Shown here: one piece after another, positions 9,412 to 17,087 of the stretch
Numbering within the stretch: the first letter of the stretch is position 1
Layout: each line of letters starts with the position of its first letter
DNA from: a virus
Strand: one strand, 5' to 3'
IMG/VR virus record: IMGVR_UViG_3300042402_005180
Coordinates: 1-64,000 of that record
Length of the DNA stretch: 64,000 bases
Position numbers and translations under genes: made by a program
Notes under the pieces: model-generated
Seen by the model: the letters and a program-made list of their open reading frames with translations, nothing else
Told to the model about the DNA's origin: nothing
Database searches by the model: none

Positions 9412-10491
9412 ATGAAAGAGAAAAATATTATGATTTTGCAATGTCCAATTAATAGTCTTGGCTATGGTGTAGCCGGATATAATATCGCAAAACAACTAGT
9501 AAAATCTGGGGAAGACGTAGCTATTTTTCCTATTGGAGATCCTGAACCTGAGTTATATCAAGATTTACAAAAATATGACTGGCGAATAAAGAATATTTTA
9601 GACTGTAGAAATAAAACTACGTCTATTAAAATCTGGCATCAAAATCAACTCCATGAAAGAGTTGGCAATGGAACTCAAATTGGATTTCCTATTTTTGAAT
9701 TAAATAAATTTACGCTACAAGAAAAGCGAAGTATGATGTTTTGCGACAAAATCTTCGTTTGTTCAAAGTGGGCAAAAGGTGTTATTCAGGACCAGATAAG
9801 CATTCCAGATGAAATGATAGATGTCGTTCCTCTTGGTGTTGATCGTTCCATTTTTAATGAAAATAATAATGTAGCAAGAAAGCCAACAGTATTTTTTAAT
9901 TGTGGTAAGTGGGAAATTAGAAAAGGACATGATGTTCTTCTAAAGTGTTTTGAAGCAGCGTTCACAAAAGATGACGATGTTGAGCTTTGGCTTTTATGTG
10001 AAAATCCATTTATTAATCAAATTAATGAACAATGGAACAATTATTACAAAAATTCCAAGTTAGCTAATAAGATTAAAATTTTACCACGACAAAAATCACA
10101 TCAAAATGTGTATAATATAATGAGACAAATTGATTGTGGTGTTTTTCCTGTTAAGGCAGAGGGATGGAATCTTGAACTTCTTGAATTGCTATCCTGTGGA
10201 AAACATGTGATTACAACAAATTATTCGGGCCACACAGAATTTACAAATACAGAAAATTCATATTTGATTGAAATAGATAAACTTGAACCGGCTCATGATG
10301 GAATCTGGTTTCATGGACAAGGTGAATGGGCTGCATTTGAGGATAGACAAATCGAACAAACGGCAAATTATATGAGAGAAATTCATAATAAAAAAGTAAA
10401 CAATCAACTACAAAATAATTTAGCAGGAATTGAAACTGCAATTAAATTTTCATGGGAAAATACAGCGAAGGAGATCTTAAATGGGCTTTGA
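9412..10491 (+). CDS. GT4-family glycosyltransferase
   Basis: VVPLGVD, GKWEIRKGHD, EGWNLELLE, ITTNYSGHTEF. Confidence 0.9.
   Translation: MKEKNIMILQCPINSLGYGVAGYNIAKQLVKSGEDVAIFPIGDPEPELYQDLQKYDWRIKNILDCRNKTTSIKIWHQNQLHERVGNGTQIGFPIFELNKFTLQEKRSMMFCDKIFVCSKWAKGVIQDQISIPDEMIDVVPLGVDRSIFNENNNVARKPTVFFNCGKWEIRKGHDVLLKCFEAAFTKDDDVELWLLCENPFINQINEQWNNYYKNSKLANKIKILPRQKSHQNVYNIMRQIDCGVFPVKAEGWNLELLELLSCGKHVITTNYSGHTEFTNTENSYLIEIDKLEPAHDGIWFHGQGEWAAFEDRQIEQTANYMREIHNKKVNNQLQNNLAGIETAIKFSWENTAKEILNGL
10107..10117 (+). promoter_or_regulatory. Phage-specific promoter motif inside the GT4 gene
   Basis: AATGTGTATAATATAATGA at 10105-10123 is an exact 19-nt match to the - strand element at 46245-46263. 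Confidence 0.55.
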
Positions 10492-11410
10492 AACTCCAGA
10501 AGATATTTTAAAAGAATATGATAATGGCTTAAAGGGTGCAGTTTGCGATTCTAAAGATATGGCAGCATTAATGGAAGAGTTGCCAAGACCGCTATTTAGC
10601 AGTTTTGGTAATGATATATACGGAACAGGAAAAGGTACTCTTTCATTGCCGTATAAAGCAATTCAACATTTCTTTCCTCTCTTTGGAGAAGATGAAAGAC
10701 AAACAACTGGCGACTGTGTAAGTCATGCTGCAAGAAACGCTATTGATATTACGAGATGCTATGAGATTCTTTACAAAGGCGATAAAGAAGTATTCGTAGC
10801 AAGAGGAGCAACAGAGCCAATCTATGGATGTAGAGGTCACGGTGGACAAGGAATGTACTGCTCTCAAGCCGCAAGATTTGTTAGCTTAACAGGTGGATTC
10901 TTAGCAAGACAAAAATATGATAAGATTGACTTGTCTGTTTATAATGCTGGTCTTGGAACAGCGTGGGGTTCCAAAGGTATTCCAAAATCAATTCTTGAAA
11001 ATTGCAACAAGCATAAAATTAAAACAGCTACAGCGGTAACTTCAGTTGAACAAGCAAGAGACTTGCTTGCAAATGGTTATGCACTTTCCGTTTGCTCTGA
11101 TCTTGGGTTCTCTTCTGTCAGAGATAAGTACGGTATTGCTGAAGTGCAAGGATCATGGGCACATGCTATGGCATGGATTGCTTGCGATGATACATATGAA
11201 AGATTAAACGAAACTTTATTCTTAGTTCAAAATAGTTGGGGCAAATGGAATAGCGGTCCAAAGTTTCATAATCAACCAGAAGGAAGTTTTTGGATTAGAC
11301 AAAGTGTTGCTGAAAAAATGCTTGCCGCTGGTGCTGCTTTTGCGTACAGTAATTTTGACGGATTTGTTAGAAAAATGGTTTGGGATAGAATAAAAGAGGT
11401 ATATGCATGA
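10481..11410 (+). CDS. Papain-like (C1 family) cysteine peptidase
   Basis: Q..GDCVSHA (oxyanion Gln, catalytic Cys), AHAM (His), VQNSWG (Asn). Confidence 0.85.
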   Translation: MGFETPEDILKEYDNGLKGAVCDSKDMAALMEELPRPLFSSFGNDIYGTGKGTLSLPYKAIQHFFPLFGEDERQTTGDCVSHAARNAIDITRCYEILYKGDKEVFVARGATEPIYGCRGHGGQGMYCSQAARFVSLTGGFLARQKYDKIDLSVYNAGLGTAWGSKGIPKSILENCNKHKIKTATAVTSVEQARDLLANGYALSVCSDLGFSSVRDKYGIAEVQGSWAHAMAWIACDDTYERLNETLFLVQNSWGKWNSGPKFHNQPEGSFWIRQSVAEKMLAAGAAFAYSNFDGFVRKMVWDRIKEVYA

Positions 11411-11781
11411 AAAAGATACAATTATTAATAATGGGATTGATTGGATTTTCATTAGCAGTTGTTTATAATGACTATTCCAATTCTCAAAAAGAACTTGCCG
11501 CATATGGCAATAGAGACGTAGAAACTGAATTAAAAAATACTGTTGATAGGGCAAATCTTGTGCTTGAAACAGTAGAAAAAATGTATATAAAAAAAGAAGC
11601 TCCAAAGCCTGAGCCTAAGCCAGAGCCGAAGCCTCAGCCTAAGCCAGAACCAAAGCCAAAGCCAGCCTGTGAATGCAATGGAACAAAAGTACTAGTGCAG
11701 CCCGATGGGAATAGAGTGTACTGTCCTTGTACAAACTCTGCCGAGGGATGTAAATGCAAAAGCACAGGAGAGGAGCAATGA
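11407..11781 (+). CDS. Membrane-anchored or secreted protein with PKPE linker and Cys-rich tip
   Basis: N-terminal hydrophobic segment; (PKPE)n; CECNG...PDG...CPC...CKC. Confidence 0.75.
   Translation: MKKIQLLIMGLIGFSLAVVYNDYSNSQKELAAYGNRDVETELKNTVDRANLVLETVEKMYIKKEAPKPEPKPEPKPQPKPEPKPKPACECNGTKVLVQPDGNRVYCPCTNSAEGCKCKSTGEEQ
11601..11665 (+). repeat. 12-bp-period coding tandem repeat (PKPE/PKPQ)
   Basis: CCAAAGCCTGAGCCTAAGCCAGAGCCGAAGCCTCAGCCTAAGCCAGAACCAAAGCCAAAGCC. Confidence 0.8.
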
Positions 11782-12125
11782 GTACAGAAGTAGATAACTT
11801 TGCTTGTGAGATAGCAAGAGATCTTCCAAGCCAAGATGGCAAATATTCTTTTGATTTAAGTTTAATAGTAATAATCGGCTCTATTATAATTAACACCTTA
11901 CAACTGCTAATTAAATGCAATGTCTTTTCTTCTAATTTAAGTGCAAAAGTAAAAAATCCCGGAATGGTAGAAAAGGCTATGCTTGCACGAACAATTAAAA
12001 ATAAAGTCCCAAAAGAGTATATGCATTTAAGAGAAGAGATTAAAAATACGATAATAGATAAGATCAAAGATCTACCAGAAGACAAAATAAATTCAATGAT
12101 AACGGAGGTAAAAAATGCAAGATAA
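11778..12125 (+). CDS. Hypothetical protein with hydrophobic segment
   Basis: AGGAG RBS, ATGA overlap at 11778; FDLSLIVIIGSIIINTLQLL. Confidence 0.7.
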   Translation: MSTEVDNFACEIARDLPSQDGKYSFDLSLIVIIGSIIINTLQLLIKCNVFSSNLSAKVKNPGMVEKAMLARTIKNKVPKEYMHLREEIKNTIIDKIKDLPEDKINSMITEVKNAR

Positions 12126-12303
12126 ATTAAAAGCAATGATACAATCCAGAAGATTTTGGATTGCAGTATCTGGGATTTTAGCAGTGATAAGTAATGACTT
12201 GGGAATTACAGATATGACTCCTGAGCAAATTCAGAACGTAACAATACTATTAGCTAGTTGGATTTTAGGAGATTCAATTAGAGAAACCGGAGGAACACTA
12301 TGA
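12115..12303 (+). CDS. Holin-like two-TM protein
   Basis: 62 aa; SRRFW..TM..TM..ILGDS pattern typical of small phage holins; GGAGG RBS. Confidence 0.6.
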   Translation: MQDKLKAMIQSRRFWIAVSGILAVISNDLGITDMTPEQIQNVTILLASWILGDSIRETGGTL

Positions 12304-12593
12304 GTTTATTTCAAATTTTACTACTATGTATGGCAGGTCTAGTAATTCTTTCATCTATCTCTATCGATTTTAAAGTTATAAGGGATAACTTGCCAAAGCC
12401 AAGCGATAAGAAAGATAAGCCGGAGGACGTAAAAATTAAACCAGTTATAGAGCCAGATCATGCTCAAGATAGTTTACTTCTTATTGTTAATAAGTGGCAG
12501 TGCTTAAAAGACGCTTGCGATAAAAATAATTTAACGGCAGCGTCAGCTAAACTTGATGAAATTTTTCCAATGCTAATTGAGGTTAAAAAATGA
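12300..12593 (+). CDS. N-terminally anchored membrane protein
   Basis: MSLFQILLLCMAGLVILSSISI followed by a Pro/Lys linker. Confidence 0.7.
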   Translation: MSLFQILLLCMAGLVILSSISIDFKVIRDNLPKPSDKKDKPEDVKIKPVIEPDHAQDSLLLIVNKWQCLKDACDKNNLTAASAKLDEIFPMLIEVKK

Positions 12594-13057
12594 AAAAAGG
12601 TAGAATTGCATTAGCTCTAGCATTAGTTGCGGCAGCTTTTTTATATGATTATTTACCATCAAAAAAGCCTAGCTTGCCAACTACAAATTATAGCAAGTAT
12701 TTAAACTTAACAAAGCCAAGTGATAGCGTTCTTGAAGAATTAAAGGACCTCAAGGATATCGTGTCCGGCCCCAATGAAGTTATTGACAGAGAGCTTATTG
12801 CCGTTTTCAATAATGAAATGGGGAAAAGAATTGAAAAATATGATAATGTAAATACTTTGACATTTGAAAATTATTATTACGATGCAGGAAAAATGTATTT
12901 TGAGGGAAGAATAGCAAAGAAGTATAATGGCTTAAGCGACAAGGTTTATAAAGTAATCTTGTCAACACTTGGCGATAACGAATCATATATTAAAAACGAA
13001 GAGTTTAAAAATTTATCAGAAAAAATGAAAGGAATTGCTTGGGTTTTACTAAATTAG
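12590..13057 (+). CDS. Signal-anchored exported protein
   Basis: MKKGRIALALALVAAAFLY. Confidence 0.7.
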   Translation: MKKGRIALALALVAAAFLYDYLPSKKPSLPTTNYSKYLNLTKPSDSVLEELKDLKDIVSGPNEVIDRELIAVFNNEMGKRIEKYDNVNTLTFENYYYDAGKMYFEGRIAKKYNGLSDKVYKVILSTLGDNESYIKNEEFKNLSEKMKGIAWVLLN

Positions 13058-13059
13058 GC

Positions 13060-13087
13060 TTGACACTTGGCGGGATCGTGCTATAAT
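13060..13087 (+). promoter_or_regulatory. Consensus sigma70 promoter
   Basis: TTGACA-16-TATAAT with TGn; AAGGAG RBS downstream. Confidence 0.8.
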
Positions 13088-13109
13088 ACTATTAAACGTC
13101 CCGCCTTTT
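13069..13109 (+). terminator. Hairpin terminator interleaved with the promoter
   Basis: GGCGGGA (13069-75) / TCCCGCC (13099-105) plus TTTT. Confidence 0.55.
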
Positions 13110-13123
13110 AAAAGGAGCTTAAT

Positions 13124-13498
13124 ATGGAAAATAATTACGAAGTTGTAGTTAGCTTAATTTGTATTTTCTATGATAAACAATATAATCAAACAGATCCAAA
13201 TTACATAAAAATACTTTTAGATGAAAAAAAAGTTATAAATAAAAAAATTAGCATTTTTCATAAAGATATAAAAAATTGTATAGAAGAATTGTTTTCTGAA
13301 TACATAAAAATAAATTATGAATGGCCCTCAAAAGAATTAGTATCGTGTAGAAAAATAGACAATAAGATAGAAATAACGTACATAACATCAATGCCTTTTA
13401 TTAATGGTTCTCTAAAAAAAGGCAGTTTATATAATATCACCGATTTTATTAATATAATACAGGATAATTACTATGCCGAATCAATCACCAGAGCCTGA
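13124..13498 (+). CDS. Hypothetical protein
   Basis: ORF with AAGGAG RBS. Confidence 0.7.
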   Translation: MENNYEVVVSLICIFYDKQYNQTDPNYIKILLDEKKVINKKISIFHKDIKNCIEELFSEYIKINYEWPSKELVSCRKIDNKIEITYITSMPFINGSLKKGSLYNITDFINIIQDNYYAESITRA

Positions 13499-13793
13499 AA
13501 GTTCTGAGGAGTTTTCTCCAAAGTCCTTTATTATATTTTGCTTAGATGAAACAGGGAATGTTGCATTAGAGCTATCTTGGGGCGAAAAAGAAGAAGATAT
13601 TAAAAAGTTTGCAGCACTGTTAAATAAGATAAATACTGGCTACTTTAATCAAATGATAGTTGATCAATTAAAAGAACAGTCTAAAACCCAAACTAATGGA
13701 AGTAAAAACTATTCAATCTTCAATAAATCTTATAAAAATTTAAATAAGCCCAAAAATCTAGTAGTAGACCCTACAAGCGTGGAGCTAAATTAA
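13473..13793 (+). CDS. Hypothetical protein
   Basis: Coupled ORF in operon. Confidence 0.7.
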   Translation: MPNQSPEPESSEEFSPKSFIIFCLDETGNVALELSWGEKEEDIKKFAALLNKINTGYFNQMIVDQLKEQSKTQTNGSKNYSIFNKSYKNLNKPKNLVVDPTSVELN

Positions 13794-14209
13794 TGAAAAA
13801 AATAATGTGGGAAAACTGGAATGAAAAAGAAAAAGAACTACTTGAGCCAGCTCAAGATCCATTTTTATTACCAAATGATATAGATAATGAAGAACAAAAT
13901 GAAATAGAGCAATTATTATCTTCTTCGTCAATGTTATCTCCAATGATTGATTTTCAACAACCAATTATTCATACTCCATTTGGAGTTGTTCCATCTGATT
14001 CAGTTTTAAAGCCTTCAGATAGATGGGAATGCTGGATGGGATATACTAATTTTGACTTAACTCATCAAGTATCAGATAAAATAAAGGTAATAAATGGTGT
14101 AGAAGCATTGAAGATAATGAGCAGATACACATTTTGTGTTGGGGTTGGTAAAATGTTTCAATTTACAAGTGTCAGGAAGGAAATAGAGAATGCAATTTGT
14201 AAGCAATAA
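13793..14209 (+). CDS. Hypothetical protein
   Basis: TAATG coupling; W-rich conserved-looking C-terminus (WMGYTNFDLT...SRYTFCVGVGKMF). Confidence 0.7.
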   Translation: MKKIMWENWNEKEKELLEPAQDPFLLPNDIDNEEQNEIEQLLSSSSMLSPMIDFQQPIIHTPFGVVPSDSVLKPSDRWECWMGYTNFDLTHQVSDKIKVINGVEALKIMSRYTFCVGVGKMFQFTSVRKEIENAICKQ

Positions 14210-14726
14210 AAAATTTAAAGAAGCTGTTGATAATGAATTTTATAAAAAGATCATGAGCAAAGTTTGTAGAGAAAATTTAAAAGGAGTTTGTACAAAAGAA
14301 GAAATGAATTCAATTATGATGACAACTTTACTAGATTGCTTGCAAAAGTTTGATAAGTCTAAAAATGTAAAATTTTCATCTTATTTATATAGAAGTTTAC
14401 AAAATAACACCAGAAGAATATATAAAAAGAAGTCCAAAGAGTTTAGCAACCAAGAATTTATAGAAAATTGCCATAGTATTGTAGATGAAAACTTTAAAAA
14501 TAAAGAAGAAGTAAGAGACATTCTTATGTCTTTAGAAGATATAAATAAAGAATTACATCAAATTATTATTCAAAAATTTTATTATGGAATGACAAATAAA
14601 GAGATTGGTCAAAAAAACGGCTATGGAAAAGAAGCGGCTCGAAAAAAAGTTAAAAAAGCCATCGAATTGTGCCAAGAAATTGTGTATAGTAATATGGGAA
14701 AAGGAACTTTAGCATCAGGACAATAG
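14190..14726 (+). CDS. Phage RNA polymerase sigma factor (sigma70 regions 2 and 4)
   Basis: LLDCLQKFDKSKNVKFSSYLY (region 2); IIIQKFYYGMTNKEIGQKNGYGKEAARKKVKKAI (region 4 HTH). Confidence 0.8.
   Translation: MQFVSNKKFKEAVDNEFYKKIMSKVCRENLKGVCTKEEMNSIMMTTLLDCLQKFDKSKNVKFSSYLYRSLQNNTRRIYKKKSKEFSNQEFIENCHSIVDENFKNKEEVRDILMSLEDINKELHQIIIQKFYYGMTNKEIGQKNGYGKEAARKKVKKAIELCQEIVYSNMGKGTLASGQ
14681..14691 (+). promoter_or_regulatory. Phage-specific promoter motif
   Basis: TGTGTATAGTA about 75 nt upstream of ATG 14766. Confidence 0.6.
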
Positions 14727-14765
14727 GAAATTAAGATTAAAACCATAAAAGTGAGGTAAATAGCT

Positions 14766-15404
14766 ATGGTTCCAAATCAGTCAGTTAATCCGTATTTAAA
14801 TAATACAGCGGGTAGCACCTATACAGCTCAGAGACAAGGTGGTACTATCGTTGGTTTAACTTCTGCTACAACGATAATTACAAAAGCAATTCTAGTTAAA
14901 GATATCAACACAAACGATATCACAAACGACACCCTTCCAAAAGTATCTTCAGGTGCAAAAGCATACAATACAGCCAAGATTCTTTCTGCTGGAACTTTTG
15001 CATACAACGCTGCAAAGAATGGAACATGGGTATTAACTCGTGTTACAACAACTCTTGCTGGCGTTTCAAAAACTTTCTTACAGTCTATGGCGAATGTTGG
15101 ATACGCTCCATCATTAGCTTATTATGTAAGAAATAACTGGGTTGATACAACCAGTTTAATCCGCAAAATGCAACTTAGCTTTACTGGCTATGATGCTTCT
15201 GGTTCAGGTTATGCTGGAAAGATTAAAGCCAGAACACCTTGGATCACAAGTCCAACTGCTACTGCTGGTACAGACTTTGGTACTTCATCATCTTTACCAA
15301 GCAGAGCTTATCCGGGCGAATTGTACATCTTAACAAACTTTATTGATTACAAACCAGCTACAAGCTCAAATAAATATTACTATTCTCCAATTACTGGTAA
15401 GTGA
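14766..15404 (+). CDS. Probable virion structural protein (Thr/Ala/Ser/Gly-rich)
   Basis: Composition; GAGG RBS; own promoter motif and terminator. Confidence 0.55.
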   Translation: MVPNQSVNPYLNNTAGSTYTAQRQGGTIVGLTSATTIITKAILVKDINTNDITNDTLPKVSSGAKAYNTAKILSAGTFAYNAAKNGTWVLTRVTTTLAGVSKTFLQSMANVGYAPSLAYYVRNNWVDTTSLIRKMQLSFTGYDASGSGYAGKIKARTPWITSPTATAGTDFGTSSSLPSRAYPGELYILTNFIDYKPATSSNKYYYSPITGK

Positions 15405-15423
15405 TTTCCTTTATTATTAAGTT

Positions 15424-15452
15424 GGGGTCGGGGAATCCCGGCCCCTTTTTTT
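15424..15452 (+). terminator. Intrinsic terminator
   Basis: GGGGTCGGG-AAT-CCCGGCCCC plus T8. Confidence 0.9.
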
Positions 15453-15468
15453 AGGAGTATATCATATT

Positions 15469-15903
15469 ATGAGTAGTTTATTTAACTGGCATGAAGCATT
15501 ACCAAATATTGGAGATTTCTTTAATAAAGTTGGATTTCCAATGGGCGTATGGTTGGTAACAGTATTTATATTGTATAAACTATTTTATACCATTGGTTAT
15601 AAAGCATTGTCTAAATTATGGAATAAAGTAGAGCCAATAATGGATGCGCACTTTGAACTAGTAACTAGTATGAAAGATAATCTTTCAAAGCAAACTGAGA
15701 TTATGAGTGCAACAAATGTTCTTATTGAAACTAAACTTGATAAGCATACAATAATTTTAGAAGATCATAGCAAAGCTCTTGATAGGATGCTTAAAATGAG
15801 TGAAAAAAGAAATGAACTTCTTGAGCAAAATGGCTCAACTAAGAAATTAAAACCATCGCCCTCAAATAATGGATCGGTAGGAAATATTCATGGGACTAAA
15901 TGA
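15469..15903 (+). CDS. Membrane protein with coiled coil
   Basis: VGFPMGVWLVTVFILY TM segment followed by heptads; AGGAG RBS. Confidence 0.65.
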   Translation: MSSLFNWHEALPNIGDFFNKVGFPMGVWLVTVFILYKLFYTIGYKALSKLWNKVEPIMDAHFELVTSMKDNLSKQTEIMSATNVLIETKLDKHTIILEDHSKALDRMLKMSEKRNELLEQNGSTKKLKPSPSNNGSVGNIHGTK

Positions 15904-16075
15904 TAAAATCATAGAAATTTTGCTTAAACAGTTTAATTTTTCTCAGGCCGACCTTGACAAAGTGAAGGCGGTACTGGATAATATAAATGTAAAAACGGTT
16001 GATGGCAAAACCTACATTGAAATCAGGGTAAACAAAGTAACAGTCGTATTAGAAGGCAATCAGAATGAATCTTAA
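15890..16075 (+). CDS. Hypothetical protein
   Basis: Coupled ORF. Confidence 0.6.
   Translation: MGLNDKIIEILLKQFNFSQADLDKVKAVLDNINVKTVDGKTYIEIRVNKVTVVLEGNQNES
15954..15982 (+). promoter_or_regulatory. Possible sigma70 promoter
   Basis: TTGACA-17-GATAAT upstream of the nucleotide-metabolism genes. Confidence 0.45.
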
Positions 16076-16409
16076 TATTGGAAAAATTAGAATTACAGAG
16101 GAGATTGACCGTTATGATAGCGGTCTTCTCATGTTTAAGTTTAAACAGAATAAAATTGAATACCACTGTATCAGCATTCAACTGCTAAATGAAAGAGAAG
16201 GTTACTTAGCCTTTTTTCTATCTAAAGAGTTAGCAGATCTTTTTAAAAAGAGTGATTATAGTACAAAAGGTATGCAAGATTTATTTAAGGAAAAAATTGA
16301 AGAATTCTATTTTGTTTCATTTCAAGATGAAGACCCTGAAACTCAAGTAATTGAATACTGCGGATTTATTGAAAAAGAAGAAGTTTTTAAACTTTTCAAC
16401 ATAAAATAA
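16065..16409 (+). CDS. Hypothetical protein
   Basis: Coupled ORF. Confidence 0.65.
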   Translation: MNLNIGKIRITEEIDRYDSGLLMFKFKQNKIEYHCISIQLLNEREGYLAFFLSKELADLFKKSDYSTKGMQDLFKEKIEEFYFVSFQDEDPETQVIEYCGFIEKEEVFKLFNIK

Positions 16410-16419
16410 TTTAAAGGAC

Positions 16420-16614
16420 TTGATCATGAGAATTAACGTAGACAAGCTCAATGAAACAGTAAAAAAAGAGATCCCAAACACAGAAAATATTTCAAATCCA
16501 GATGGATTTTTTGGTTACTTTGAAGAGCGAGAAGGCTATAATAAATTAGTAGCATTTTGCTCACGTAACGATCAATCAAAATTCACTTGGATTCATAAAG
16601 CGTATCAAGCATGA
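16420..16614 (+). CDS. Hypothetical protein
   Basis: AAGGA RBS; ATGA overlap with the next gene. Confidence 0.6.
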   Translation: MIMRINVDKLNETVKKEIPNTENISNPDGFFGYFEEREGYNKLVAFCSRNDQSKFTWIHKAYQA

Positions 16615-17084
16615 GACTAGACTGGGATCAATATTTTTTAGGAATGGCCCACTGGGCAGCTATTCGTTCTCACGATAGCCAGACTCAAGTGGGCTGTATT
16701 ATTGTTAATTCAGATAATCATATTATCAGTATTGGATATAACGGATTTCCTGCGAAAACTAATGACACTAATCTTCCAACGGTTAGGCCGGGAAAATATC
16801 CTTTTATGCTACATGCAGAACAAAACGCCATTAGCAACATGTTAATTAAACAAAATAATTTAAGAGCTTATATAACAGCTAATCCATGTTCAACGTGTGC
16901 AAAGCTATTATGGCAAAATGATATAAAAGAATTAATAGTAGATAAAAAAGGCGTCATATATTCAATGAATCAAGGCGATATTGATGTTATGAAATTTTTG
17001 ATAGAAAACGGTTTAAAAATAAGAAACATAGATTTTAATCAAGATATATTTGCGTATCTTGCCAATAAATTAAGAAGAGGATAA
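16611..17084 (+). CDS. dCMP deaminase
   Basis: WDQYFL, QVGC, IGYNGFP, HAEQNAI, PCSTC zinc motifs. Confidence 0.93.
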   Translation: MRLDWDQYFLGMAHWAAIRSHDSQTQVGCIIVNSDNHIISIGYNGFPAKTNDTNLPTVRPGKYPFMLHAEQNAISNMLIKQNNLRAYITANPCSTCAKLLWQNDIKELIVDKKGVIYSMNQGDIDVMKFLIENGLKIRNIDFNQDIFAYLANKLRRG

Positions 17085-17087
17085 TAA

